Virus record (IMG/VR): IMGVR_UViG_3300023109_000014
Location: 18,462 to 82,461 of that record
Origin: a virus
Reading direction: 5' to 3' (one strand)
Length of the DNA stretch: 64,000 nucleotides
A program made the position numbers and the translations under genes. This document shows positions 48,901 through 51,909 of the stretch, piece by piece (the stretch's first letter is position 1; each line of letters opens with the position of its first letter). The notes under the pieces were generated by a model that was not told where the DNA came from, searched no databases, and was given only the letters and a program-made list of their open reading frames with translations.

Positions 48901-50230
48901 GTCTGGTGGATCTGTCGACGAGTCTATGCCTAGTTTTACTACAGGTATAATTGAAGCATTTCGAAAAAGCGCCAAGTTACTTGTTCCAACAGGAGGGGTT
49001 AAGGCAGGTATGGAGGCAGCCAGAGCAATTGAGTTTGTTGAACCTAAAATGCCTAAAATTGATTCTGTAATAAATTCCATTGCTGGCGTGGCGACAACTT
49101 TGGGTATTCTTGATAGCTCAGAAAACAAAGAGTTGTCCGAGCAACTTTCTTCAGGTTCATCTATTGATAGTTCTCAGAATATGGTTAAGGAGAATTATAA
49201 GGAATTACAAAATACTAACCGTAGCAAAGAGACATCTGAAGCTTTAGATATTAAAAGATTTTTTGACGGAGAGGTAATGAATAAAAATGAAACTGGCGAA
49301 CCTGAACCAGCAAGAGAAGCTTTAGAGCAGCCAGAAGTAAGCTCAGAAAATGACTCTCTGATTACAGGTTTAGTTTCAGCATTAGGTGATTTTATAAATA
49401 AACTTGCAGAAGTAAGTATAGAGCCTGAAGATCCTTCTATTGTGGCCAATGTAGAGTCTGCTCCCCAAGTAGATATTAAACCCGATATAGATGTAGATAG
49501 AGAAGATTTTCAAAAAAGCACAGAAGCTGCCAGAGAAATAACTGACCAATACTCTGTCGATGGGCAAAGCAATTCCGAAAATTCTATCGACCGTCAATTA
49601 ATGGATGCTCAAACTCTGAGTTCCAATCAACCAACCATAGAAAATCCAGGACTTGTTAATAATTTATTTGATGGACAAACTCAAGAATTGCATAGTCAAT
49701 CTTCAGAGCTTAATTTAGTTGCTCAAATGCCAGAAGGAATAGAAGAATTATTAACTATTAAACCTCCTATAGAATCCCCTGATTTAAACCTGGACCCTTC
49801 TCAATTAAATCTTGCAATAGATCGACTTCAAGAAGTATTAAGAAGCGCTGGAGAAATACAAATTCTGCCTCCTGATAGCGAATCCTTGAGGCTATCCATG
49901 CCAGATAACTCAGAGGAGTTTATGACATTAAAAATGCCAACGGACCAGGAGCGCGTGATTTCTATTGATGCTACAGCTTTTAACGAAGCTATTGTCTCCC
50001 TGAATGAAGCTGTTGCAGGAGCAAGTAATATTACTCAAACTATAGAAACTAAAATAGATACTTCTGGAACAATTAATGTTAGCGCTGATTCTGCCGCACT
50101 TAATAACGCTATTAGACCTGCACTTTCTTCTTTTCAGCAAAACATTATGGATAGTACTGGATCCTTAATGAGTTCAAAGATTGCTCAAGCTATGAATACT
50201 ATTATTCAATTAATAGGAAGGTCAAGTTAA
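18917..50230 (+). CDS. Giant (10,437 aa) tape measure protein / multidomain cargo polyprotein
   Basis: One uninterrupted 31.3-kb ORF in the TMP position; TP901-family TMP core at the N-terminus; internal enzyme domains separated by VPNF motifs. Confidence 0.9.
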   Translation: MAQENIRVRVKAIGLDQDIANQAKIGEKKIKPIKLSLNEKGLVQPLGRITGQMGEFEKSMDAAVARVFAFGAAVSVINGVSSALKAMAQSAMEVQKALKDINVIMNMSESALQNFGGALFDVARDTASSFDDISAAATEFARQGLSADETLQRIADAMTLTRLSGMDSVEAVNALTAAINGFNDAAINSSDIVNRLANVDAAFAVSSKDLADGLARAGATAQAAKVEFNELLAAVTSVQQQTARGGAVIGNSFKSIFTRLQRSSVKEAMEAIGVATQDASGSFRSGMAILQDYARGYDNLSDSQKAATDELVAGVFQVNNLKALIKDLNSEFSIYDQALKTANSSTNEATQRNQELNKTMSALMTQTGLSIKELAAGLGEMTLGPGIEKVLETVKSLSDGLNNLIGEDTGSSIGKTLLKGIGSFISGPGMVLIGGAFIKLFAFVAQQGSSALKSIFSINSETKRQEGLQAAILQILMNEESIRQKILGGAASQAAKEQTILSVLKKQTMERQAQDALLKKIAASSTLANVAISNQGTIVPHGRGSRAAAGRKDLGMSKGYVPPATKDSKFIPSFEAEQKDIERRVGGATKSASPVLIKGFQKTKTQKQDVVANTDEVVVENYMGSGASAILNKNMAQRFSFDNGVEKYYSAAEYGSKNFYSSGYVPNFKATNKQVIKLNAAGQGIITAEAGKSEVGKNHTVTASSVFDGPVPPAFKGSKFEARNFTVGRLEQSKGGFHSIVDKHMTTALRDVAQDVVPGGKVKGSGPLSDYLDKSAGPQFTGRIFEATLNYIKNSVVKNDPGTAGWDFPGGQFQKNLTTAFNLDSRKGKNVDAKVSSSKKNIGSGIKKIIDSRGGYKNLKQYKDFEKQNKTKKASAVGKPRASKGMIPSNTASVPNFVSTWGKPELLKKIREKNLSRAQKDIKGFDGMKATNEWSGQLPIIQVADKKTGTTTRFTYGKGEYDNENKTDILYSERAKGVDVNDPSMKGGANRNFDKIAEFTGKRSWKNKEIHSTFDQIRASSGKTPWETIINSFPQLKQRVKPGMSTSGTFQIGTDEIEYRNIKSLKTKVNKWVKENGIESFNNWSEANLGFNTKNSILSGTASGEYFAMDAYTKILKKGDKHFNRDEKAGFYSQGTVPNFIIDKNTERSILLKQWQGKLDQARTLAKSGKPRAQTDPQISQLNGEANGIWSQIVKMQSPQKPKTKNEKSHSEGLIPNFSSYLDAGSNVDKSFGGGIVPNFVKVGETNLERDRLLKQWQGKLAQAKTLSQSGKPRAQIDPQISQLNAEANGVWSQIQSLKTSKKEKTGKLGKGSTLRRSEGLVPALAKGGIPNFSEDKMREETLSRTISKMSEGLVPNFALKRNAGLRKFYDFDETLGTYSKNVKSKDLFQAESAGLAKPTPLAKELEGQAVTILTARAKQSTPFIEEKLKKWGINPEKIMTTADMFNNLKIANDGSGKIIKAQGGRISGYRNLKPAEKKAILLERIWKKQGGQYDLIDDAIENIEAIKNLRNENITGTHYQFSGQHSGRGSGNAEGLVPNFVQSENTQKDLVPNFAAKSMPVPGYLEKVSREIQSAGGSAQIVGGAPRDFLMGKFPKDWDVEVFGLEQEKLQKILSPSLTKEGLVGKDFGVFKAKSGGQDFEFSMPRREKKVGVGHRGFEVEVDPNMGRKEAAQRRDLTINSISYDPLTKKFIDPLGGRKDLQDGIMKPTSPRFKEDPLRVLRSMQMAGRFNLSADKELVNYSREMTGQFKDLPKERVREEWMKWASKSTNPEKGLQFLKESGWIKHFPEIDQLQGVPQSPKHHPEGDVFNHTKLVTNAMANNKNWQMLPEKERGKLMFSALTHDFGKVTNTQISKDGAITSYGHEKAGVAPMKSFLGRIMSQGEASKLSKDLTPFVERHMFHSNFPQNLTQKSINRLTKDVGDLSKFQILLESDMGKNLSDDVTARKFTQVDEKNINKMSSIAKESGIYKEPPKPIVQGRDLMQEKLIEPGPQMGSVLKHLEEAQISGEFKTKKGGIEYFKNNKEDILKRINKFTPKGRMLRGRASGEVPEKINYSQGLVPNFARIPSMFNVKQTKTGKDYVMQKDLELAKTQFPDATFKQWGKNPKMHFISGHKPQNKITKDKVSFASNVDLQEFGSFAAQKGYPEVMGAIVKSTQVKQNSSGNRNYDRLTSWKNKKEEVPNQINIKDAQSLSTEDYKSFPMGKAGADLKRLYNPDSFDNVSNTIFTSSAPQKALAKSAEKFTTNKIENSEDILNFVKKSRGSESISTEQINKLYQEFAEMKGLAVMSDGHVPNFASPAFNKFIKDNIHNKNYKNISDKVTKLNLSVGNAYGVGGDIPQDVKILNRLTSQLSKVTNPLMGPTGKGSRDRVYESKEFAQKFNKTEYDKISKEITTLQKEKFQLSRPSNPDKNPDRVKKIESQILKKKEQATNTQFYKAKSEAVKKEDQGIERLFQEKFTVQKDQIVSPTGKTVSTKDLNSIEEEFNEYMFAKQQKRTNTNEELVLPNFSVTAPETVPNFVNVKAMRELAKRGATEGERAAAQNMLAKHGFKSKTITSRSWHDKIFLENYIKNNGPKSDLEMLIKKGYAEKELVSLKKQYQNDPQSVKIANHGIVPSFSKQKDRISEADYETQLYKENFKDSSQKQNVNNFSFVDDRTTSSSGSQSFAEGMVSKDVSSSSSSVDSKSFASGTVSNISSQETETLATGFIPNFGIQSDRIKEASQASQLYGQNVGYKDTQVKKLEINGKKERVVVNNKEKFYSTGSEVQKAFSLPFKPNGGMVLPPKNTKVGKERSREFSSLVNSFSSGVTPTADSSPPTLAYGAMPNFAVFRKYSPNTLRKSKIKDYSNEEFSSISRALSEFNLMSMGSRGGLMGQKLKSESRAEGLFKTKTQEQKDDFRQFFNSREFRSLTKNVQEKLKVDFPDLSRGYGYNVDPFAVRQLENVSAGTVPNYANLSLYRGQKKSTIDKPSVGKNMPSFGGAQTPRDIINIIQNFVKSHVSGPLSGRRDIGELDNVAPSGATSFSTSETVAKKFAGGGLNKPAKDNILSTQVPEKNVFNKKKILKLLNRGANPKKGQYPEVEKFKKAMASGQIQKWAEQAGGLFLNVSGRRNDKSLQKFNKTEYGRKEYDFYDRPMSSIVPESDIGWNPSGTKQISPHENEVMQIFDEGIVPNFSGAAGSAGRQKNKAYQDDPDNIIDLRPFTTFDYSLLFPQRGAGKSKDETLRGSGPYAKKYQSQFLVGWNAKGINPKIPKEADKIAKIGDAVERDVKTIVKAHSENFVRAFGEEKIRIQDSSAIDGVVQKHFNEGTLTAMAGNAFEAAANTAFSNVPVNAGGGDFDVRGPTDQLRRFFNWPSAHGSVGDFKANSQSGDIKASMADKILKELDYRGLLSGQVAKEKADFDQYDKDKAAKNKAATISRFKNVPGSNSLRGGITQKAPKGSAPSESNQQHSKIVGSSRSGQEQEDFYFSQDKNLSLGWVPNFKINQNLAGDSVPSFIDKPKEQLNNSLKVKSEKVDLQKSLKAKKGTSVDSQNELRSQNVSNASAKKFESIINNRFIDSQENKKFSSSSFADSAQSKSLQFSRSSSNLSSDFLNTRSENKVSKDASVDSQTYSQGMVSKDASVDSQTYSQGMVSKDNQVPSKSLEASKFDLTTIHRLRDKFLSREEAVQKNISPSERKLALPKGKKQEGNSELINSIYSHGKDFSADRLSNGYIPNFAINANNYSKTNDALGSAIKRENQAGIPMNKIRVGQSNRLKNEKNPGGVGVFNTIDEPRGLNQGISRSISQGINPHKHGLVSSGYVPQQTINVPNFVGRFIPKMFKGGSKGGKGVDAPIPTSGGGGGGMLGGGGGLMNTIFMGQMMFGGIEGKTGTAGGYAADATGDALQIAGITSMITDKKKWVALAATVGALNGMLDQYSKSLKMQGEQIQKNIQINGKAIESATQVVSAQTRLNSAIESGNTDNISKAIESLQKEIERFPTNGSDAIIKLRSDLVGAGGDVEIMSKALESFSQSALKVSKLGELTVKTQAVNENREGLIFGMGPSQLPEWMGGAKGDLKEEGSNEIRQIGRESVTNLALAEDQVSAFSSKISKIDFTKMSPDDIKSTIKEFSRTLDEETRVLFDQIVDNVPDDAVVDFTMGIGEQLKLRKSSIEAGKAVGKTSQALGNLKSTIVNLSTAVSRSISELNSNISKAFDIAENQLNSELSIMTGMNYISPKEANETKEQFEVTRIESEAAAGTEFEVSKFVSQLIKDTKLDDVEGKDASIFSGKLGNILSKMGERANPLQDEDPRFMANEIVSAISQMDPADRTQGEQELLDAVKQIGDKAASQITLLKQANELASRQQTMQSRMNLQNAQIDMERDGDTLSQFSWSQGLEPRTQLDKDMQTRSSMDMIGLLEPLFGPSEDLTKMKQDVGVQNAIGNVQRILLGMGIENDAGFDAGANEDISMQTMISEMQKVLAQGDLNKGQEKIVNYMVGQLKKQEAAISATPQNTEDLKRQTVQSTSDVLGVDLSEVGIDLESLDFSSLNAIADQLAEDGVEIKYLSSIEENTKVMAAKLNDAQGITKEDIISAIQNIQIKDAEKVEKRKEAVKQKEDTRSKIQDIAISGADVKVEGGADINVGGSTTINANPQSSQPPQPQFNPFVPNFAKDESSNNKQSPMRGFVKSLKRDNNTENRGFEKFDGKTFTGGKALQVANYYPGAIDSIYREVDVLENRGVQNAISKIQLTVPSTSNSTTKYQGPVVTNMMDEGSVSAQSYLNKINNVHNLKHSDSNFSIAGAVPNFASSSQSRGSVNASVRNVNAKSIANNISRINQKSDWKMARGEESAGKTYSSGAALRVANYYPETKEMLDQEISILKSRGIDSPLSQVQLTVPDENTTTFQNKNTLDPTISNRFDDGSVSISNYTKKIRNAHKVGLLTPQKPASVGEHARERAKNLVNNEQALRNQLHENILKKRKSVVLSEELKSRNESIDEPEAKKINITEKEGLKYEGGTFSAGAALRVAKYYPGATESIFREIRSLEEKGVSSPLDQVQLTIPEKGSKEFSSYNGPVVTNKIDEGGVSSKNYLNKIRSVHKVTPNEGQFASVGMPNIDAKSQYTRGAINSFSQFDYVPNFSKTEGRAKGIIRSARELSIAMEKMNELPENITPSQIAEFNQKGSAVLENINSLGNPNQQTLTKTQKALVSKMQDPEVVKTFQSIGIDNFNSDLAQFVNPDSLGEPPQPARFNPLVIQSAETGRAVESGTKVLPRDIKSGKFNVAQVMLNDENLDEFIEPSESKNIQAVVQSSQDSGQKFNENKKKLQEKRPNYASGKGTRYTDEPTAPKAGTLTTAKKEGFVGIESHGPSKALATQVRNEENALKNTTKELVKDGEGGFMRNASSWIRKKLQTIRFLDGSSNEQKQGMSIEKENAVLKQIEDDGIVRYPSDDSASPLEKSPEFKQQISEVLDNQDLSSQERGTSQIEQQTETWRKREHSLTEKIQRATKARQLKRQRSRAQELGSAERQRKTNLDAKNKRQEAKEREKRKVREIQERQIDEGLGRQKIGTNSETGKSIYHYDNPQLRELSSWDKLKHHMLKFVGLDEGSYYEEVERQNKIVRNKQMQDIATGGINTQQSKSMSTLEKLKLMSERDVLIESSEFAKETDGQKILRGTPGERRKSSLFDIQQKAGVGGKPAVINLAGDISSQTNIAGSSSKSSSLTQLSQSRAAEAQPTLMDKIRNVKKQLSEKFGKVTLSPTSSASVLQEYDILDSSGRVVAKMGSNGEVLPFEVDNSPVIYNAQGQKIGADKVIQVQEKQFALQSSPMNDGQLSTSVNQSDVLEQKALFDIGEKIKSGAPISSAETNLVQNWANKNSELVGSINADDVDNALLLENNVVDNKQIRIGRMGEELSNLTSVTNAANAEAQVESLIKDPQFVDSATRTMPGDNLHLQRVFDSIDDKNRKTKSTPIKTETALDRVKSNANINQRANALSKEMVSRDIRKNSSLELQKRLRLNKGFDTTELNTKFSNEKSRLEELLKNPSIPSDKKVGLNEDLKILTRNRNEHLNTLRPGFMERKEILINEQFKNIMRDTGLMSLTGGGADGVSSNDPVNQFMKDKLGPKVWNMDGNFVKTKQHLASAIFGEEHKFNKELTESLVDRQLRSTILNTKSETFGLSDHMRSNLIDMDKFVGMGLGDEFLNSAKKQGLHQSDIGVSKMVDFMDLMDPAGNKIDGEGKQKLKKQGIQKIFQKIQNGELFSQTAIRGRTVPIIPKDAETVLKNLSGESTSAQINAARLIENEQKISSLAAEKGSGVISQSNLKIAASELEAGDINENGIDFDKVRMSSEEISNVQSMMDSIDADPDQKTDQRVSQLSEALDPQSSNESVRSLSQLKSLELEADRAAEKAEFKKLLSLGSGATPEDVGRMSDLLQLHDQKIELGRSSNFDLEDVNQARTTIKNTAKEKVATASSTIGKELSQKSEPGQAQKRAIEELEKIDQADPVEQAEAIRSTNQEAEAKVRSASLDQGEDIVQQTVDQVEDVDETWKETKESHMSDPDRAASAGRLEELGEKYRAIIQSATDSKAWRTTRSLTKNVLGAGMGLVHLPGKAKDLTTEAYGSVKERIDAFKKAQAEKFNKRKAEQIKHPDGKSSGNFEQQEKSRVIDAKLAQLPNTKTSRGDSSLDDSLQKTKRFHIDGENMTPFEQDLHDRMTGKVRVKDSAGKTVETFYDKKIASVITNSDVGRISRVEDSITGSSYTNRGLKLRNLLPGTASRNIEGRSFIPPALQEIASLGGLDGQGSKLKLDKEGLAQRAKNIGSEIFTGKLSSPVQSLFSTKEFQTQLAETKSSGAHVAIPEEFSKTVKYGKKGEASVLDIDGAADELIKETRLIDHVGDDGKLTSFSSDEFQAFRESEFQKIEQRFAGVDNPADPVQNEQRITQINEQKEMFDNKILANNAVDESGQVVGRNTLTSEAARKRIANIQKMSVSDGMIRKQKAISDAANFGGGSARGMTVSSLINIGAIGLAQTETGMSTIDSLAGSFDFSRKDKFGVRLAGGELATSSGVSVKSQQHLLNEEKMSQLKSMAESKRDGDRAATEKYRTQGKDFLESTGLAEAGSAKPILFDTKEEAEQWSKTMTDKHGTQFAGTQNLSASKDGQKILREMGVSFSQEELIAGQSGATVVGATGGLLAESGAMALKARIGINGTRMTTGAALRIGATQAFLPGLAIEAGIATGEHFRDSHSGHLFSVAGIDVDEGEALGLAGYMAGGAVAGTFLGGPMGAVVGGLAGAGAYGARVAIGEHVNFDPDEINSGTFRMSPDELKARQQEIIELARSKSNEIRKIMDTAAMSNYTSRNKKIKSDFVSEEGFETFYERSEMQKQQRLLTEKASIIRESFLLAEKMDAKILANRELKQKGEVNDNWFAEDDPVFKQNYTADAISKILSDTTSLYDPNMFTDIKTMRKMAKEGKTQNEIHAEMQSADFKFERINPDTGQMETIMPNTEEALAQRGIKSQKYLSGLGRINDFNAKQGLMRSSTDFASASSVEEAIEIGSMSQGQFEEEKLRWNPKSEGKFAKLKDRRHKLFYSEGKKITNHDQWLEAIQRGQLDYGRINYPMEMAQVMGVPTMEGERVVKNADITSDVKNAFNYFQDKGTLYRKPIQATDRIIESMGMKSKGSDDQGESKIDEWMLGKQDDGWNVQYHPESKSVMMQHEKHGLISFPRGADPSDPRSLESLYEKYMFDITKSKYEDGIIHNNKSGYDPANTAGMSDSDPLRDINSSDQVGFSKSKFKTFEEFDKTIPEEQRVMLSAMSALFKRGEGLNDVRKNRVSTGNKVDEYAQAFEDLKNDHSMYGEFQKAITERNIGINTSKTMIGQAGFDMQKGLGNTSQLENINSELGIKDKAYNFNLGNLSEEDLQSYTSRFSGAIAKKQQDYQVVKEKVSSRQAEISLINKKINSGVNQDEKNKLITKRTKIEEALKQTKIKKGNLESFITAPEKIKQANQLKRGSQFKFQESINRLSKKFNIDEGASLGSKVARLQGHFDRNPALQSKSSWMDREKAIQMNVLKNRRLAKQKRDGKKLLTDQDLTDANGNSVDSLVAQRAKRLKEGGAKMLDSNLFASDVGRQKQLKQNVDDWANKRGDYHLGTVGNVSYSPETLNLEKKMKLSQKQKGMVIADFDKENIHGERRETAIKLYDKEIQDYMVKFEESKAKDVLNYKLINPTVTKSAVEDQKKFQDLQSKHSHWDEVISSNESTDDFESLYKQKQEAFQDWDLVRGLPNMMKHTATMQAAGRKQAGFFLEPDVAVGAIPYKEIKSEKASLNKHLSTAGLSMDWWRQKDVGSRPAEFNKLLMRNARTQSKLVGKDQISEVGGARISGNLGQGVIDGDRAKQDFTNIVDPDGNLARSGHDRAKGALMKVIKNDWDLFDLNKDGKLTSEEISIMGGTFDPTKFTSSAITGKNNDPYSELQRNMFGARAGTITPEVFQDLLSFDKAVSGGNEDGVLDRNEIFANDPEKGNEIIQTRVKDFLTKKYVKEVSPYGETLKHGLESYFTGSDEGGLSSINTWKELSNLEKSNLPENIREEYSSAKTEAEALITSVPYHKTIINKGSKLEEDSQSKFGKLFDMKERIKLSPSEIEAGGQLNLQLKSMKGKEATPAYKQKKAQFDSLMQRKQDYKNIEKELNSSFTEDGMIKGRPFSLPHFLTKKGLLNSGDIKQNPNWAPASIDDNWKNYDEKYFGNVQGVARQIDAVQAATVDSNIGVSVGGGVADAEENKFFNETIRKAKEEKVTKEREKFLKENTNERARKIFEQEMIGADPSSRNLFDPSANIKLQAQGFRSGEKQAQEKRDEGLKRMVDNAKQRNAQRQAFTDVRDPLQFIQNYSSDYNERKGQLWRNVDSAKENYEARTRDNAPVGTREAAFISYQEALKKELEHRKIVEPNSTLSDVVKRSNYSDILNTDWSLGGGYQQFFDRYHEEKIMMKSPEGVDVPVQSKEEAGRHLFKLRQQEIVGPMKQRGLMTEDGQFVSKIGDQPISKEKIYELIAETTPGNKYVYKSGDKFSRFQEIWSKKFGGNFTKGAMGLFGNSSAKFTLSSSGSFSDLGDTSFSGEQGGVFEVQRARQDAALGAQPQAEPEVLGRYNILDPNEKLMMSIQQSARNNFKGAEGPTGFKSIYEGMSLSARESFKRKYKDQIEQKVPPSIVKQLNNYISKVDKTDLYGVAKGDLVPNYLKKKIENRSSLTRGERDELREYKRREGEAQRIVQEKRRTSGISRAAGHLIDQHSVDEPLARFISSSPGYQSFRQLSSADKLIKEVQAADISVVSRKIGGSRISSEKDRRKKLESLQRQRTAYYNNFRASVERDPSSSKNIIFDSVHPRGFRANPDIAQISNNVIRRPVISELSDAEKKAALRLNIDVEDELIRTDSNGVPMYKEESRNGVRRFEGTGPFDIITKTNKLEGVHETFDLDVVQKAAANAAREIRAKKDIQTEKIESNIEFDPAYDTNNDGKLTGKELERKRTMEEIAKRNQASSVRPSAKGFAPPKKSAPFRPNPSKPKNFSAKASLHQAYSEIKQSVLANYKKPVTPDQVGIANLRSGTGRHEKRVVNSQEKMFNYGGLDFVAPPKNSGAARKYASDVESDFGIDPYDKNIKYAAEGFIPDRGQVAKAEKNPIPGINKLNVNIDSLSKVLNTKMFQTKEVQTNKHESDSSEFTKDSGSTSSFERSSETTSIIKGISSIGPAVGLSVSAALISGLTKMKADQKIESRLNNKIGLAPSEDNNTSREAVFDFSADFDKLRDGFKTLDKAPVGRGIEAVVTGLSSLLSQFSVDGGSTHSNTESEAINAPKVIQDTVTSSSVSELMEKVAKQFLTKQSDRFNNKEDNKPTGEIMDATLSPLVEIWKKVSTSIKESMVEKEKKSKIDDERKSKERGDLRKQSSKLESMNQETSDSSTEDVDSSDSSEIAKAFKPFDSSLQKLIALTKACCNDKSLLNLIKESNTQLDSIESPDLDSALKKMINFEKSGGSVDESMPSFTTGIIEAFRKSAKLLVPTGGVKAGMEAARAIEFVEPKMPKIDSVINSIAGVATTLGILDSSENKELSEQLSSGSSIDSSQNMVKENYKELQNTNRSKETSEALDIKRFFDGEVMNKNETGEPEPAREALEQPEVSSENDSLITGLVSALGDFINKLAEVSIEPEDPSIVANVESAPQVDIKPDIDVDREDFQKSTEAAREITDQYSVDGQSNSENSIDRQLMDAQTLSSNQPTIENPGLVNNLFDGQTQELHSQSSELNLVAQMPEGIEELLTIKPPIESPDLNLDPSQLNLAIDRLQEVLRSAGEIQILPPDSESLRLSMPDNSEEFMTLKMPTDQERVISIDATAFNEAIVSLNEAVAGASNITQTIETKIDTSGTINVSADSAALNNAIRPALSSFQQNIMDSTGSLMSSKIAQAMNTIIQLIGRSS
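19085..20100 (+). other. TMP core domain (TP901/PhageMin_Tail-like)
   Basis: ALKDINVIM...LFDVARDTASSFDDISAAATEFARQGL...LANVDAAFAVSSKDLADGLARAG...GAVIGNSFKSIFTRL. Confidence 0.85.
22991..23518 (+). other. HAD-superfamily phosphatase domain inside the TMP
   Basis: Motif I FYDFDETL, motif II ILTAR, Lys motif III (EKK), motif IV LIDDAIEN. Confidence 0.8.
23582..25050 (+). other. Class II CCA-adding enzyme / tRNA nucleotidyltransferase with HD domain inside the TMP
   Basis: IVGGAPRD...KDWDVEV, RRDLTINSI, FKEDPLRVLR, ERVREEW; HD domain HHPEGDVFNHT, LTHDFGK, YGHE, RHM; C-terminal PIVQGRDL...PGPQMG. Confidence 0.92.
27776..28420 (+). other. ADP-ribosyltransferase domain (R-S-E clade) inside the TMP
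   Basis: LYRG (27788), TSFSTSETVAKKFA (27980) and HENEV (28388) in the canonical order. Confidence 0.75.
29720..29823 (+). repeat. Perfect in-frame 48-bp tandem duplication (SKDASVDSQTYSQGMV x2)
   Basis: 29720-29767 is identical to 29768-29815, plus a partial third copy. Confidence 0.95.
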
Positions 50231-50231
50231 T

Positions 50232-51905
50232 ATGGAAGAAAATATTTTAGAGATGGGTTTTTCTGTTAGTCATGAACATGACGCAGGTAAGCTTGTAAAG
50301 ACTTTTAAGAACATCAGCGTAAGAGCTTGGGTTGGAGAATCTGATACAGTTAATTTAGTATATCTCCCTGATATCAATGAAGGATATCAAACAATAACAA
50401 TATTAGGTAGAGAATATATTAATACAAAAATCATTGATAGACAATCCTCTATCGAGGACGGTCAATTGTATTATACATACGAACTTCAACAGCGTATAGA
50501 TAATTTAGATTGTGAAGTTATATCTGGTTTAAAAATTTCAGAAGTTGAGTCTTTTAATCATTCTGTTTCGACTAGTCGAAATAACGAATCTGTTTCTTAC
50601 ACTCGAAGCTTTTCTATACAGCTTGTTGATCAGTCTAATTATATTTCTACTCCAGAATCTGCTAGTGGGTCAGCTTTGATAGATAAGGCAATTAGCGCAA
50701 TTAATACAGCCCTACTTAATGTTCCTGATGATTTTGTATCAATTGATGAAGATATTAATGACTTAATTCAGAATGCTGCCCAGCCTTGCGCAGTGGACGA
50801 AGAAGGTCGTTATGAAAAAAATAGAAACGAACAAATTGATATAGTTAAATGTTCTGTGGAAATCAGCGAAACAACGTCAAAAAGAATTAGCGAAGATGAT
50901 TGCTGTATCACTTCTGATACTATTGGTTTAAGGTGGGATCAAAATGGATTAGTTGGTATAAATATTAATGGCTCAATAAGAGGGGCTTGTCAGAAATATA
51001 GCGGTTGCGAGGAAGAGAGGAAGATTACGAAAACAAAATATGATTTTGCATTAGAATGTTTCGACGAACCCGCAATTCGAGAAAAAATTATAGAACAATA
51101 TGAAAAGCATCAACTCGAGACTTGTGAGACTGACGTATGCCTTGCTTTGAGGGTTACTTCGAAAAGCGTCACTCATTGCCATCAGGCTGGAACGATAAAT
51201 TTTTCTTATAATGCTCAAGAAGAGGAGGTGTTGGATAAAGATAATGAAGCGATAGTTTTTATAGATGAAGACACAAGAAAGGATGGTTGCATTGTTGACT
51301 TGACTTTAAATTTTGATATATCTGCCCCCGTTAACTTTTCTTTCGTTGAAAAAAATCCAGATTATCTCATTGGGGATTGTAGCCATACAGAAGTAATAAA
51401 TACTCCAGAGGAAGCTATTAAAAAGTCAAGAGCGGCTTTCTCTAAAGCTGTGCAGGCTGGAAAATTTAATTCTCCAGAAGGTTTTTTTGGACCTTTAACT
51501 TTCAGCATGAATGAATGCCCATCAAAGGGTACCATTGTCGGATCTTTAAGATTCTCTAATGATTTAAAGTACGACGTAGAAACTAGCGATTCTTTAATTA
51601 AAAAAAGAGTTAGAGAGGAAACTGTTTGCGTTACAGAAATTGCAGATAATAGGTTTCAATCTCCTTGCGCTTGCCCAATAATACAAAAACAGGTTGTTAA
51701 GCCTGGTTATACTGATCATAGCGTATCTGTAGAAGCTTTTCCCTGCGCAACTTTATCTGATTTAAAAAGTCAAATACAAATACCTTTAGAGCAGGATTAC
51801 GTGTTAACTCAATCTTCTAGCTCTTTTAATGTGCAAGAGGGAGCTCTAAGCGCAAAAAGTAGAGCTGTATATCATACTCCAGAAGATTTAAACGAATGTA
51901 GATAA
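50232..51905 (+). CDS. Cys-rich tail-tip/baseplate protein
   Basis: First gene after the TMP; beta-rich; about 19 Cys in 557 aa. Confidence 0.5.
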   Translation: MEENILEMGFSVSHEHDAGKLVKTFKNISVRAWVGESDTVNLVYLPDINEGYQTITILGREYINTKIIDRQSSIEDGQLYYTYELQQRIDNLDCEVISGLKISEVESFNHSVSTSRNNESVSYTRSFSIQLVDQSNYISTPESASGSALIDKAISAINTALLNVPDDFVSIDEDINDLIQNAAQPCAVDEEGRYEKNRNEQIDIVKCSVEISETTSKRISEDDCCITSDTIGLRWDQNGLVGININGSIRGACQKYSGCEEERKITKTKYDFALECFDEPAIREKIIEQYEKHQLETCETDVCLALRVTSKSVTHCHQAGTINFSYNAQEEEVLDKDNEAIVFIDEDTRKDGCIVDLTLNFDISAPVNFSFVEKNPDYLIGDCSHTEVINTPEEAIKKSRAAFSKAVQAGKFNSPEGFFGPLTFSMNECPSKGTIVGSLRFSNDLKYDVETSDSLIKKRVREETVCVTEIADNRFQSPCACPIIQKQVVKPGYTDHSVSVEAFPCATLSDLKSQIQIPLEQDYVLTQSSSSFNVQEGALSAKSRAVYHTPEDLNECR

Positions 51906-51909
51906 TATT

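Noticed and set aside
19198-50140. Many short antisense and alternate-frame ORFs inside the giant gene
   Set aside because: Shadow ORFs with no recognisable motifs, expected opposite a long coding frame.
18917-50230. Inteins, NRPS/PKS or RHS/RTX toxin as explanation for the giant ORF
   Set aside because: No intein splice-junction or LAGLIDADG motifs, no NRPS/PKS motifs and no YD/RTX repeats seen; the N-terminus and synteny indicate a TMP.
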